63,628 bases of DNA from an uncultured Candidatus Berkelbacteria bacterium (GCA_903839975.1 CAIMEH010000002.1:1-63628); one strand, 5' to 3'; positions 42,428 to 53,188 are shown, counted from the first letter of the stretch. Notes: generated by a model from the sequence alone, not told the origin. Numbers and translations are program-made.

Positions 42428-43633
42428 ATGGCAACAATTAAAGAAGTAGTCGGGCAAGTAATACATGACTCGCGGGGCGACAATACAATCCAGGTTAATG
42501 TAATTACTGATTCCGGCAAAGTCGGTTCCGGTGCGGTGCCGGCAGGAGCTTCTAAGGGAATGTACGAATCAAAAACTGTTGACCCAACCCAATCTATTGA
42601 GTTTATTGCCAAAGAGATTGCCCCACTATTATTTGGAAAAGACCCAGCCGACCAGGCCGGAATTGATAAATTGCTAATTGAAAAAGATGGTACGCCAGAC
42701 AAGAGCAGGCTTGGTGCCAATACAATATTAGGTGTTTCTATGGCAGTTTCGCGTGCGGCCGCAGCCGAAAAAGGTTTGGATCTTTATCGCTATATCGGCG
42801 AACTAGATAAGCGCAACGCTTTTACTATACCAATCCCAATGTTCAACCTTATAAATGGCGGTAAACATGCTGATAATAATCTCGATATTCAGGAATTTAT
42901 GGTTATTCCTGACCGTGTGAATGGCTACCATAACCAGCTTTCGGCAGGAAAGTTAATATTTAGTACATTAGGTGGTTTGCTTAAGGGAGATATGGTTACT
43001 GTGCCAACTGGCGATGAAGGCGGTTACGCCCCAATGCTTGATACTAATGAGATGGCGATGGACCTGCTTGTCCAAGCAATCGAGAAATCTGGCTATAAAC
43101 CATGGGAGGAAGTCTCTTTAGGTCTTGATGTTGCTGCCTCGAGCGTAGCTAAAACATTTGAAATAAGTTCACGTAGATATCTAGGATTGTTAAAAGACTA
43201 TCCAATATTATCTTTAGAGGACCCGTTCAAAGAAGAAGATTGGCAGGAATGGGCCAGTTTCCATAAGGATATGGAGGCTTCCAATACCACAACTAAAAAA
43301 CTACTTCTTATCGGTGACGACCTTTACGTTACCAACCCAGACCGCCTACGAAAAGGAATCGAAACAAAAGCAACCAATGCGATACTTATTAAACTCAACC
43401 AAATAGGTACCGTTTCTGAAACCCTAGAAGTAATAGATATGGCTCGAAACGCTGGCTATATCGTTGTGGTCTCGCACCGTTCAGGTGAAACCCTAGATGA
43501 CTATATCGCGGACTTCTCGGTTGGTGTTGGGGCTCAATTTATAAAAACTGGTGCGCCGAACGATTCACATCCAGAAAGGATGACAAAATACCGCCGGTTG
43601 TTAGTAATTGAACAGCAGCTAGGGGCTATCTAG
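42428..43633 (+). CDS. eno: Enolase
   Basis: SGETLD, IKLNQIGT and SHRSGET enolase motifs. Confidence 0.9.
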   Translation: MATIKEVVGQVIHDSRGDNTIQVNVITDSGKVGSGAVPAGASKGMYESKTVDPTQSIEFIAKEIAPLLFGKDPADQAGIDKLLIEKDGTPDKSRLGANTILGVSMAVSRAAAAEKGLDLYRYIGELDKRNAFTIPIPMFNLINGGKHADNNLDIQEFMVIPDRVNGYHNQLSAGKLIFSTLGGLLKGDMVTVPTGDEGGYAPMLDTNEMAMDLLVQAIEKSGYKPWEEVSLGLDVAASSVAKTFEISSRRYLGLLKDYPILSLEDPFKEEDWQEWASFHKDMEASNTTTKKLLLIGDDLYVTNPDRLRKGIETKATNAILIKLNQIGTVSETLEVIDMARNAGYIVVVSHRSGETLDDYIADFSVGVGAQFIKTGAPNDSHPERMTKYRRLLVIEQQLGAI

Positions 43634-43637
43634 TAGT

Positions 43638-45173
43638 ATGGCTCGACCAAAACCAATAGTGTTGGCCGTACTTGACGGCTGGGGCATCGCTCCGGCCTGG
43701 GGTGGCAATGCTATTACCCTTGCTAAAACGCCATTCATGAATATGGCTAGGAATAAATATCCCTATACAACCTTGGGTGCTTCAGGTGAAGCGGTTGGTT
43801 TGCCACCAGAAGAAAAAGGCAACTCCGAAGTTGGCCACTTAAATATTGGTAGCGGACAGGTTGTACTAGAAGCTTTTCCATCAATTACAAAAGCAATTAA
43901 AGATGGTAGTTTTTACAAAAACCCCGCTTTGCTAAAGGCATTCCAAAATGCCAAGCAAAATAATAAAGCGGTTCACATTATGGGTTTAGTTAGTGATGGT
44001 GGAATCCATAGCCATATAGAACATCTTTACGCCTTATTAGAAATGGCCAAGCAGCAGCAAGTAACAAATGTATATATTCATGCAATTACTGACGGAAGAG
44101 ATACGGCGCCGTTTGTAGCTCAGGAAAATATCGCCCACTTACAGACCGAAATTGCCAAGCTTGGCGTTGGTAGAATTGTTACAATCGAAGGTCGTTATTA
44201 TGCTATGGATCGTGACCATCGCTGGGATAGAGAAGAAAAAGTTTACCGGGCCATTACCGAAGGCATTGGTTTAACGGCTAATTCAGCCGAAGCTGCTATC
44301 GCCTCTGCCTACCGAGACGGTTTTTCCGATGAATTTATTGTGCCAACAGTTATACAAGCCGATGGTGTTCCGGCTGCACCACTGGAAGATGGTGATTCAT
44401 TTATTTTCTTCAACTTCCGTGGCGACCGAGCCCGTGAAATTACCCAATCTTTGGTCAATCCAAATTTTGACGGTTTCAAGCGCAAGAAAATAATTAAGAA
44501 TTTATTATTTGTTGGTTTTACATATTATCAAGAAGGCTTGCCAATTGAAGTGGCTTTTAAGCCACATAATGTTAAAGAGCCTCTAGCATATGTTCTGTCG
44601 GAAAATAATTTAACTCAGCTGCACGTGGCAGAAACGGAAAAGTACGCTCACGTTACTTACTTCTTCAATGGCGGTCGCGAAGACCCATTTCCCGGCGAGC
44701 AAAGAGTAATGATTCCCTCCCCTAAAGTAGCTAGCTACGATCAAACACCTTTAATGTCGGAACCAGCAATAACCGATACAGTAATCGCTAATTTAGATAA
44801 ATTTGATTTTATTGTTTTAAACTTCTCTAACCCAGACATGGTTGGTCACACTGGAAATCTGCGCGCAACTATCGAAGCCTGTGAAGCTGTTGATCAGGGG
44901 TTGAGTAAAATTTACCAGGCCATAACCGAAAAAGGTGGGATGCTTATTGTAACCGCCGACCACGGTAATGCTGAACAAAAAGTTAACCCTAAAACGGGCG
45001 AATCAGATACAGAGCATAGTAACAATCCCGTACCATTTACAATTGCCAGCGACCTTGCAGCAAATTGGAAACTGCGTGAAGGCGGAGCACTTTGTGATAT
45101 TGCCCCTACTATTCTGCAGATCATGGGCTTGGCTCCATCGTCAGAGATGACAGGAAAATCTCTGCTCGTTTGA
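43638..45173 (+). CDS. gpmI: 2,3-bisphosphoglycerate-independent phosphoglycerate mutase
   Basis: LDGWG, SDGGIHSH and ADHGNAE motifs. Confidence 0.9.
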   Translation: MARPKPIVLAVLDGWGIAPAWGGNAITLAKTPFMNMARNKYPYTTLGASGEAVGLPPEEKGNSEVGHLNIGSGQVVLEAFPSITKAIKDGSFYKNPALLKAFQNAKQNNKAVHIMGLVSDGGIHSHIEHLYALLEMAKQQQVTNVYIHAITDGRDTAPFVAQENIAHLQTEIAKLGVGRIVTIEGRYYAMDRDHRWDREEKVYRAITEGIGLTANSAEAAIASAYRDGFSDEFIVPTVIQADGVPAAPLEDGDSFIFFNFRGDRAREITQSLVNPNFDGFKRKKIIKNLLFVGFTYYQEGLPIEVAFKPHNVKEPLAYVLSENNLTQLHVAETEKYAHVTYFFNGGREDPFPGEQRVMIPSPKVASYDQTPLMSEPAITDTVIANLDKFDFIVLNFSNPDMVGHTGNLRATIEACEAVDQGLSKIYQAITEKGGMLIVTADHGNAEQKVNPKTGESDTEHSNNPVPFTIASDLAANWKLREGGALCDIAPTILQIMGLAPSSEMTGKSLLV

Positions 45174-45216
45174 TATAAGTTGTGAAAGTTGCGTATCTCT
45201 GTGGTACGATATTTGT

Positions 45217-45909
45217 ATGAGCAATTCAGCTTTAAGGCAAGAAGCTAGAGACCTTCGAGCCAAAGGCCTGACCTATGATGAGATAAAGAAAACAATAGGC
45301 CTTAGCATCCCAAAGAGTACGCTATCTACTTGGTGTAGTGGCATAAAGTTGTCTCAAAATCAGGCCAAAAGAATAGCAAATATCTCAAAACAAAGGCTTG
45401 TACGAGCTCAGCAACTCGCAGTTTCAGCTAATAAGCAAAAACGAGAGGAATATTTTTCTGCTATTGAACGAAAATATACTGGAATCGAGAAGGCTATTGT
45501 GAGCGATCGCAAGAATATTTTAATTGCGTTGGCCCTGCTTTATCTTGCCGAAGGTTCTAAGGGGTCTGTGAGTAGGCTTACTTTCGGTAACTCAGATCCA
45601 AAGATTATAGCTCTTTACCTTGCCTTGCTAAGACGAGCATATGAAATTGACGAATTAAAATTTCGCTGCACGCTTCAATGTCGGGCTGATCAAAATATTA
45701 CACAACTCCAAAGTTTTTGGTCGGAGTGTACGGGAATACCGCTAATAAAATTTTACAAGGCACGAATTGACCCACGAAGCATAGGAAAAAGAACAGAAAA
45801 AACCGACTACAAAGGAGTTTGTCGTATAGATTATTTCTCTGCAAATATATATAATGAGTTACAAGTAATCGCAAAAATTATTACAAATGGGCCGTTAGCT
45901 CAGCGGTAG
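45217..45909 (+). CDS. HTH plus LAGLIDADG-like homing-endonuclease-type protein
   Basis: N-terminal resolvase-like HTH (GLTYDEIKKTIGLSIPKSTLSTW). Degenerate LAGLIDADG-like ALLYLAEGSKGS followed by FGNSDP...FW...GIP. The last 21 nt overlap tRNA-Ala(GGC). Confidence 0.5.
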   Translation: MSNSALRQEARDLRAKGLTYDEIKKTIGLSIPKSTLSTWCSGIKLSQNQAKRIANISKQRLVRAQQLAVSANKQKREEYFSAIERKYTGIEKAIVSDRKNILIALALLYLAEGSKGSVSRLTFGNSDPKIIALYLALLRRAYEIDELKFRCTLQCRADQNITQLQSFWSECTGIPLIKFYKARIDPRSIGKRTEKTDYKGVCRIDYFSANIYNELQVIAKIITNGPLAQR

Positions 45910-45960
45910 AGCATCTGGCTGGCAGTCAGGGGGTCATCGGTTCAAATCCGATACGGTCCA
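45889..45960 (+). tRNA. tRNA-Ala(GGC)
   Basis: Folded by hand: G3:U70, anticodon loop CTGGCAG, T-arm ATCGG-TTCAAAT-CCGAT. Confidence 0.9.
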
Positions 45961-46033
45961 CGAATTAAAAAACATTTTATTGTATAAAATAGTGCCCCAT
46001 ATTTCAGGGGCATGTTTCGAACCTTTTGTTGCT

Positions 46034-46438
46034 TTATTGGAGCAAGCTTATATCCACTTGAGATGGTGGGTCGTCCCACTTTAAGACATCGGTTAGTGGG
46101 GACAGATACCTATGTGCGTGGGAAGCGGCCATTTTGAAGTTTGTGGTGGGCGGATAAACTCCGCTAGCCATTAAGACGTCGATACCATATTCACGAGCGT
46201 ATTGTACGGTTATCCGTTCAACGTCATACGGAGGCAAGGTTTCCCATCTTATTGGATCAACGTAAATGTCAACTTCACGGTAGTTGTCCAGGATTGCAAG
46301 AATCCCTGGCGCAAGCTGTACTGCTTCGACAACCCTTATCGGGATGTCTATGCCCGGCTTTTTCTTAAGGAAAAGGAAATATCCTCGAATGTAATCAACG
46401 AATTCTAGGTCAAGTTGGGTACTCCCCGCGGTTCTCAT
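46034..46438 (-). CDS. Hypothetical protein (134 aa)
   Basis: Intact ORF with no domain recognised. Confidence 0.4.
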   Translation of the reverse strand: MRTAGSTQLDLEFVDYIRGYFLFLKKKPGIDIPIRVVEAVQLAPGILAILDNYREVDIYVDPIRWETLPPYDVERITVQYAREYGIDVLMASGVYPPTTNFKMAASHAHRYLSPLTDVLKWDDPPSQVDISLLQ

Positions 46439-46579
46439 ATTAACCTCCCAGGTTTGCCCAAACTTACAGGTGATTTAACTTCTTGTCAAGCAATAATTGC
46501 GCAACCTTCGCTGGTTGCGTTTTGTGTTTCACCTCAGTTACAATGGCCAGGTAATATAAGGCTAGAAAAAGGAGTATAT

Positions 46580-47638
46580 ATGCCTGAAAACGAAGGTTCG
46601 AAAAAAGTAATTGCCGAATACATTTGGATCGACGGCGCCAAGCCAACTGCAAAATTGCGCTCTAAGCCAAAAGTTTTAGATAACCCAGTAAAGAGTCTCG
46701 AAGATATCCCATGGTGGGGCTTTGATGGCTCATCTACTCAGCAGGCCGAGGGTCATTTCAGTGACTGTCTATTAAAACCAGTTCGCTACATGCCAGATCC
46801 AATTAAGGGCGGTGAAAATATCGTCGTGCTTTGCGAAGTTATGAATGCCGACAAAACACCACACGCCACCAATACTCGAGCAGTCTTGGCAGCCAACGTC
46901 GAGAAATTTGCCAAAGAAGACCCATGGTTTGGAATTGAGCAGGAATACACCTTCATGCAGAATGGCCGTCCATACGGTTGGCCAGAAGAAGGTTTTCCAC
47001 CAGATCAGGGACCTTACTACTGCGGTGTCGGCGCTGATGTCGCCTACGGCCGAGATTTATTCGACGAGCAGATTCAGCTTGGTCTAGATGCCGGCTTGGC
47101 AATCTCCGGTGGTAACGCCGAAGTTATGCCAGCTCAGTGGGAATTTCAGCTTGATCCACTACCAGCTCTTGAGCAGGCAGACCAGCTTTGGTTGGGTCGC
47201 TGGCTCTTAATTCGCTTGGGTGAAGATTACGGAATTACTGTTAGCTTTGAACCAAAACCAGTTCTCGGCGATTGGAACGGCGCTGGTGGTCACACAAACT
47301 TTTCCACTAAAGCTATGCGTGAAGACGGCGGCTTGAAGGTAATCGAGGAAGCTTGTGCAAAACTTGAGAAACGCCACATGCAACACATTAAAGTCTACGG
47401 CGCCAATAACGAACTACGCCTAACCGGTAAGCACGAAACTTGCAGCATCAATGAATTCCGATGGGGTAAGGGCGACCGCGGCGCGTCTGTCCGTGTCTCG
47501 CTGCCAGTTGTTGCCAAAGGCAAAGGACATATGGAAGATCGTCGTCCAGCTGCCAATCTTGATCCATACCAGGTTCTAACAGCCATTCTGGAAACGGTCT
47601 GTGGCGATGGTTTCGACCCAGAAAAATACAAGTGGTAA
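46580..47638 (+). CDS. glnII: Type II (eukaryote-like) glutamine synthetase
   Basis: N-terminal VIAEYIWIDG...LRSK and a 352-aa length are typical of GSII. The start was trimmed to ATG 46580, preceded by AAAGGAG. Confidence 0.8.
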   Translation: MPENEGSKKVIAEYIWIDGAKPTAKLRSKPKVLDNPVKSLEDIPWWGFDGSSTQQAEGHFSDCLLKPVRYMPDPIKGGENIVVLCEVMNADKTPHATNTRAVLAANVEKFAKEDPWFGIEQEYTFMQNGRPYGWPEEGFPPDQGPYYCGVGADVAYGRDLFDEQIQLGLDAGLAISGGNAEVMPAQWEFQLDPLPALEQADQLWLGRWLLIRLGEDYGITVSFEPKPVLGDWNGAGGHTNFSTKAMREDGGLKVIEEACAKLEKRHMQHIKVYGANNELRLTGKHETCSINEFRWGKGDRGASVRVSLPVVAKGKGHMEDRRPAANLDPYQVLTAILETVCGDGFDPEKYKW

Positions 47639-47656
47639 AAATTCGACAGAGTAAAG

Positions 47657-47681
47657 AAAACCGGCCATCTTGGCCGGTTTT
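47657..47681. terminator. Terminator hairpin
   Basis: aaaaccggcca-tct-tggccggtttt. Confidence 0.8.
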
Positions 47682-47695
47682 CTGATTATTGTTCA

Positions 47696-47724
47696 AAAAC
47701 AAAATGCCCACTAACGGGCATTTT
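47696..47724. terminator. Terminator hairpin
   Basis: aaaaatgccc-actaac-gggcatttt. Confidence 0.75.
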
Positions 47725-47751
47725 GTCTACAAATTATAATTCGTAAGAACC

Positions 47752-47982
47752 TTACATTGAGGTCGAGGTGCTGCCGTCTTTCTTCATAAATACTGTGAAG
47801 AGTGACCAGATAGCCGCCAAACCAACCAAGGCGTAAATAATGCGTGGCAAAGTTGCTGCTGGGTCGCCACTACCAAACCACTTGGCGACGAAGTCGTACT
47901 TGAAGAAACCAACCGAACCCCAGTTCAAGCCACCAACGAACAGCAAGATCCATACGAGCCAATCCATTGCGCTCATTTTCAT
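47752..47982 (-). CDS. DUF378 small membrane protein
   Basis: The LVWILLFVGGLNWG pattern is typical of DUF378. ATG 47982 is preferred because GGAGG lies 8 nt upstream. Confidence 0.7.
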   Translation of the reverse strand: MKMSAMDWLVWILLFVGGLNWGSVGFFKYDFVAKWFGSGDPAATLPRIIYALVGLAAIWSLFTVFMKKDGSTSTSM

Positions 47983-48125
47983 CTGTCTCACCTCCTCTCC
48001 TAAAAGTTATGTACTTAACATTAGTATTGTCTCTTGTTGTTGAATTCGCAAGGTCTGTCAAGGGGTTCCCAATCCTAAATACTAAACTCTAGCGGATATG
48101 GTTAAAGAGTAATACAATTGAGCAA

Positions 48126-50504
48126 ATGTCTAAGAGTATTTACGACCACGCCGAGATAGAGAAAAAATGGGCCAAAAAGTGGCAAGACGAACGTCTATAC
48201 GACGTTGATTTGTCGGCAAGTGAAAGCAAATATTACTGCTTGGATATGTTCCCTTACCCTTCTGGAACCGGTCTTCATGTCGGTCACTGGCGCGGCTATG
48301 TTTTGAGCGATTTCTATGCTCGTTACGCTAGATTACACGGCAAAAATGTTTTACACCCAATGGGTTACGACTCTTTTGGTTTGCCGGCAGAGCGTGCTGC
48401 AATTAAATACAAATCACACCCAAAGAAATTTACCGACGAGGCAATTGAAAACTACACCCGCCAATTAAAAGAAGTAGCTGCTTCGTACGACTGGACAAAA
48501 GAACTCTCAACATCTGACCCAAAATACTATCGCTGGACACAGTGGCTATTCTTGCAACTTTTTAAACATGACCTAGCTGAGAAACGCGTTTCGCTAGTTA
48601 ACTGGTGTCCTAACGACCAGACGGTTTTAGCTAACGAACAGGTTGTGAACGGCTGCTGTGAGCGCTGCGGTGCTGCCGTTACCAAAAAAGAATTAGCCCA
48701 GTGGTTTCTAAAAACAACCGAATTTTCCCAAGAATTATTAGATGGCCTTAACGAAGTTGATTGGCCAGACCGAGTAAAACTACTCCAGCGGGACTGGATC
48801 GGCCGCAGTGAAGGCGCGTCAGTTAAATTTACAACAGAAAAAGGTGAAGTTGAAGTATTCACCACCCGACCAGACACACTTTTTGGTGTTACCGCCCTAG
48901 TTCTATCGCCAGAGCATCCGCTCGTTGTCGAGTTAACTACTAGTGACCAAAAAGCTGAGGTAGAAAAATACGTTAAAGAAGTTCAGTCAAAAACCGATAT
49001 TATTCGTCAACAAAATTGGGATAAAGAAAAATCCGCTGTCTTTACTGGCTCATATGCCAAACACCCGCTGACAAACGAAGACATTCCAGTTTGGATCGCC
49101 GACTATGTTTTGATGAGCTACGGTACTGGTGCAGTAATGTCCGTTCCGGCTCACGACGAACGTGATTATTTATTTGCCAAGGCTTACGACCTACCTATTA
49201 CACAGGTTATTACCGGCAGCGAAGAGCTGCCATTTGTCGATGACGGTAAATTAATTAATTCCGGCGAATATAACGACCTAGATTCCAAAACCGGCGCGGA
49301 AAAAATTACTGAGAAATTAAAATCTATCGGCAAAGGCGAAAAGAAAACAACTTTTCGTTTACGTGACTGGCTAGTTTCCCGTCAGCGATACTGGGGTGCC
49401 CCGATTCCAATTGTTTACGATCCAGATGGCAAGCCGCACGCCGTTAAAGAAGAACACCTGCCGTTACTTTTGCCTGAAGACGTCGATTTCTTGCCGGGTG
49501 GCGAAAGCCCAGTCGCCCGTTCAGCTGAGTATAAAGAACGTGCCGAAAAACTTTATGGCAAGGGCTGGTATTTTGATACCGACACTCTAGATACTTTTGT
49601 AGATTCTTCATGGTACTTTTTACGCTATCTCTCCCCTACCGACGACACTCAGGCCTTCAATAAAGAGTTGGTTAGTAAATGGTTGCCTGTGGATCTTTAT
49701 ATTGGTGGAATTGAACACGCTACTGGCCACTTAATGTACTCACGTTTTATTACCAAATTCTTGGCAAAATTCGGATATATCTCCAAGGATATAAACGAAC
49801 CATTTAAGCAATTGTTTAACATAGGTGCAATTACAATGCATGGCGCCAAGATGAGCAAGAGCAAAGGAAATGTTGTCTCGCCTGACTTATTAATTGAACA
49901 CTACGGTACTGACGCTCTGCGCGGTTTTGAATTGTTTGTTGGCCCAATGGAAGTTGAGGCCGAGTGGAATAATCACGGTATGAACGGTATTCACCGATTC
50001 CTAATTAAATTAAACAATATATTCTTAGATTCTATTGGCAATTATGGCAAAGATGATCTGGGGAATGAATTTAGCTCTTATTTTGGGAAAGTCGAAGAAA
50101 TGGCAAAAAACTTCCGTACCAACACAATAATTGCTGAATATATGAAATTCCTAACCATTCTGGAGGCCAAAAAGCCAAGCCAGAAAGTTTTAGAGGACTT
50201 TCTAATTACCCTATCCCCTGTATATCCGTTTATTGCCGAGGAGTTATGGGAGAAAATGGGTCATGCCGAGAGTATTTTTAAGGCTAGCTGGCCAGAAGTA
50301 AAAGAGTTCAAACAAATTCCAGAGCTAAAAGTGATGGTTGATCAGAAATTTGTAGTATTTTTGCAGACCGAAGAAACTGATGAGCAAAAAGTTGTTGAAA
50401 TGGCTAAAGCTCTACCCGAAGTGGCTAAAAAGCTCGAAAACAAGGAAATTATTAAATCTATTTATCGTCAGGGACAGTTGATTAACTTCTTGGTTAAGGG
50501 GTAG
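48126..50504 (+). CDS. leuS: Leucyl-tRNA synthetase
   Basis: HVGH (HIGH-type) and KMSKS motifs, 792 aa. TACAAT lies 7 nt before the ATG. Confidence 0.95.
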   Translation: MSKSIYDHAEIEKKWAKKWQDERLYDVDLSASESKYYCLDMFPYPSGTGLHVGHWRGYVLSDFYARYARLHGKNVLHPMGYDSFGLPAERAAIKYKSHPKKFTDEAIENYTRQLKEVAASYDWTKELSTSDPKYYRWTQWLFLQLFKHDLAEKRVSLVNWCPNDQTVLANEQVVNGCCERCGAAVTKKELAQWFLKTTEFSQELLDGLNEVDWPDRVKLLQRDWIGRSEGASVKFTTEKGEVEVFTTRPDTLFGVTALVLSPEHPLVVELTTSDQKAEVEKYVKEVQSKTDIIRQQNWDKEKSAVFTGSYAKHPLTNEDIPVWIADYVLMSYGTGAVMSVPAHDERDYLFAKAYDLPITQVITGSEELPFVDDGKLINSGEYNDLDSKTGAEKITEKLKSIGKGEKKTTFRLRDWLVSRQRYWGAPIPIVYDPDGKPHAVKEEHLPLLLPEDVDFLPGGESPVARSAEYKERAEKLYGKGWYFDTDTLDTFVDSSWYFLRYLSPTDDTQAFNKELVSKWLPVDLYIGGIEHATGHLMYSRFITKFLAKFGYISKDINEPFKQLFNIGAITMHGAKMSKSKGNVVSPDLLIEHYGTDALRGFELFVGPMEVEAEWNNHGMNGIHRFLIKLNNIFLDSIGNYGKDDLGNEFSSYFGKVEEMAKNFRTNTIIAEYMKFLTILEAKKPSQKVLEDFLITLSPVYPFIAEELWEKMGHAESIFKASWPEVKEFKQIPELKVMVDQKFVVFLQTEETDEQKVVEMAKALPEVAKKLENKEIIKSIYRQGQLINFLVKG

Positions 50505-50541
50505 ATTGAATAACCAATTTATGAGACAATATTAAGTACAA

Positions 50542-50754
50542 ATGGCAGAGCCAAAAAAGAAATTATCTAAAACCAGAACCAACCGTCGCCGTGCTCAGTA
50601 CAAAGCGGTTATTAGTGCAGTTACCCTGTGCTTGAATTGTGGTAAAGCAATTACTCCACACACCGTCTGCAAGTACTGTGGCTTCTACAAAGGCAAGTCA
50701 GTTAAAGCTGACGCTCCAACAAAACGAATTGTCCTCGATCAAGAGAATAAGTAA
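50542..50754 (+). CDS. rpmF: 50S ribosomal protein L32
   Basis: MAEPKKKLSKTRTNRRR... plus a CxxC...CxxC zinc ribbon. Confidence 0.85.
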   Translation: MAEPKKKLSKTRTNRRRAQYKAVISAVTLCLNCGKAITPHTVCKYCGFYKGKSVKADAPTKRIVLDQENK

Positions 50755-51293
50755 TGTCGGTTAACCGTCACCTATCTCGAACGATTGCCATGCAGTCGCT
50801 TTACGAGTGGGACTTTCATCGTGATCAGGATATTCTGAAGATTGCTGAAAGAGTTGCGGAACCAGTTGTGAAAGATGTTGACGTTGAATATTTGCACCGC
50901 GTTGTCGAGGGTGCCGTTAAACACGTCGAAGAGATCGACCTGTTGGTTGCCAATGCTGCCCCAGAGTGGCCAATCGACCAAATTTCGGTAATTGATAAAA
51001 GTATTTTGCGTCTTTCTGCCTTCGAGCTACTTCATGACGAAGATATTCCACCGAAAGTTGCTATCAACGAAGCTGTCGAGATTGCTAAAACGTTTGGTGG
51101 CGAAAACTCATCTAAATTTATTAATGGAGTGCTTGGGACTTTGTACCGCAACAGCGATCGATACGACCCAGCTGCAGATGAGGCCGCCAAAGAAAAGAGA
51201 GATTCTGATGCTGCAGCCGAATCAAAGACTGAAGAAATTCCAGAAATCGACAAAAAGCCAAAGGTAAAAGATGTCGAGCCTACTACAGATTAA
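50754..51293 (+). CDS. nusB: Transcription antitermination factor NusB
   Basis: R..A.Q.LYEWDF N-terminus and NusB-fold sequence, with an acidic C-terminal tail. Confidence 0.8.
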   Translation: MSVNRHLSRTIAMQSLYEWDFHRDQDILKIAERVAEPVVKDVDVEYLHRVVEGAVKHVEEIDLLVANAAPEWPIDQISVIDKSILRLSAFELLHDEDIPPKVAINEAVEIAKTFGGENSSKFINGVLGTLYRNSDRYDPAADEAAKEKRDSDAAAESKTEEIPEIDKKPKVKDVEPTTD

Positions 51294-51975
51294 TACTAAG
51301 GCTTTTGAAGCCTTGCAAGAAAAAATTGGCATTAACTTTTCAGACCAGGAACTACTACGTCAGGTTTTTATTCACCGTTCATACATCAACGAAACTCAAA
51401 ATAAAGAGCTTGAGCACAACGAGCGTTTAGAATTTTTGGGCGACGCTGTCTTAGAGTTGGTAGTCACAGACTATTTATATAAGACCTTTAAAGAGCCGGA
51501 GGGTGTTCTCACCAACTGGCGTAGCTCAATAGTTAAAGGCGAAATTCTGGCCAAGGTTTCTAAAGAGCTTGGATTTGGCGATTTACTATTTCTAAGCCGT
51601 GGCGAAGATAAATCTGGTGGCCGAAGTCGTGACTATATTCTGGCCAATACTTTTGAGGCTTTAATCGGTGCTGCCTATTTAGACCAAGGCTATGAAACCG
51701 CTTCGAAATTTATTCACACTAATTTAATTGTTTTGTTGCCAGAGATTATTGAGAAGAAATTATATATTGATCCAAAGTCTCACTTACAAGAAAAAGTTCA
51801 AGAAAAAATGGGCGTTACGCCTGACTATAAGGTCATCTCTGATGAAGGCCCAGACCACGATAAAACGTTCACTGTTGGTGTTTATGCCCACAACAAGCTC
51901 ATTGCTCAAGGTAAGGGCTCTTCTAAGCAGCGCGCCGAACAAGTGGCGGCAACCAACGCCTTGGAAAAATTATAA
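51271..51975 (+). CDS. rnc: Ribonuclease III
   Basis: NERLEFLGDAVLEL signature plus a C-terminal dsRBD. Confidence 0.9.
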   Translation: MSSLLQINTKAFEALQEKIGINFSDQELLRQVFIHRSYINETQNKELEHNERLEFLGDAVLELVVTDYLYKTFKEPEGVLTNWRSSIVKGEILAKVSKELGFGDLLFLSRGEDKSGGRSRDYILANTFEALIGAAYLDQGYETASKFIHTNLIVLLPEIIEKKLYIDPKSHLQEKVQEKMGVTPDYKVISDEGPDHDKTFTVGVYAHNKLIAQGKGSSKQRAEQVAATNALEKL

Positions 51976-52004
51976 AAAATTAGGCCCAACCTGTGGGCCT
52001 AAAA
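51975..52004. terminator. Bidirectional terminator hairpin
   Basis: aaaaaat-taggccca-acc-tgtgggccta-aaag, between convergent genes. Confidence 0.7.
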
Positions 52005-52409
52005 GTTATCGCCGTAGTCATACTCTTTTGGGTCGATATACCCATCTTCTTCGCTTTCAACTTCGAGCTCTATGGTTGGAGATGTCTCTAATATCGAATT
52101 ATTTGATCTTTCAAAAACACCACCATTTTTTATATACCACTCGACCGTGTCACCATGGATCGGTTTGCCTTTGTAAAGCTTCGTCGAAATAGTTAACGAC
52201 TCCCAGTAATTATCCGGAACAGCTTCAAGGCAGATAAAATAAGTGTCTTTAATTCTCAAGCGATAAAGTACGATATAGCCGTTGATTCGAGTAGCGGCTG
52301 GTTTTTCACTCTCATCTTTTTTTACCAGAACCTTCTCAGGTTCTTCTGAAAATCTACGTGATCCATAGAACTCATCGTCAGTCATCAAGTATTTATTGGA
52401 AAGTTCCAT
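51999..52409 (-). CDS. Hypothetical protein (136 aa, acidic termini)
   Basis: The start was set to MELSNK (52409), preceded by GAGGTGG. No domain recognised. Confidence 0.4.
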   Translation of the reverse strand: MELSNKYLMTDDEFYGSRRFSEEPEKVLVKKDESEKPAATRINGYIVLYRLRIKDTYFICLEAVPDNYWESLTISTKLYKGKPIHGDTVEWYIKNGGVFERSNNSILETSPTIELEVESEEDGYIDPKEYDYGDNF

Positions 52410-52507
52410 CTTCCACCTCTTGAAAGAATATACGAGTATTATACATAGATAGTTAACAGAAAAACAGGGCTTGCGCCCTGTTTTCACCGAACTTAGCGTT
52501 TAGCTAG

Positions 52508-53188
<681 letters not shown>

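Noticed and set aside
46415-46579. The 55-aa N-terminal extension of the glutamine synthetase ORF.
   Set aside because: It overlaps the divergent 134-aa ORF and a promoter-like region. AAAGGAG plus the ATG at 46580 gives the canonical GSII N-terminus.
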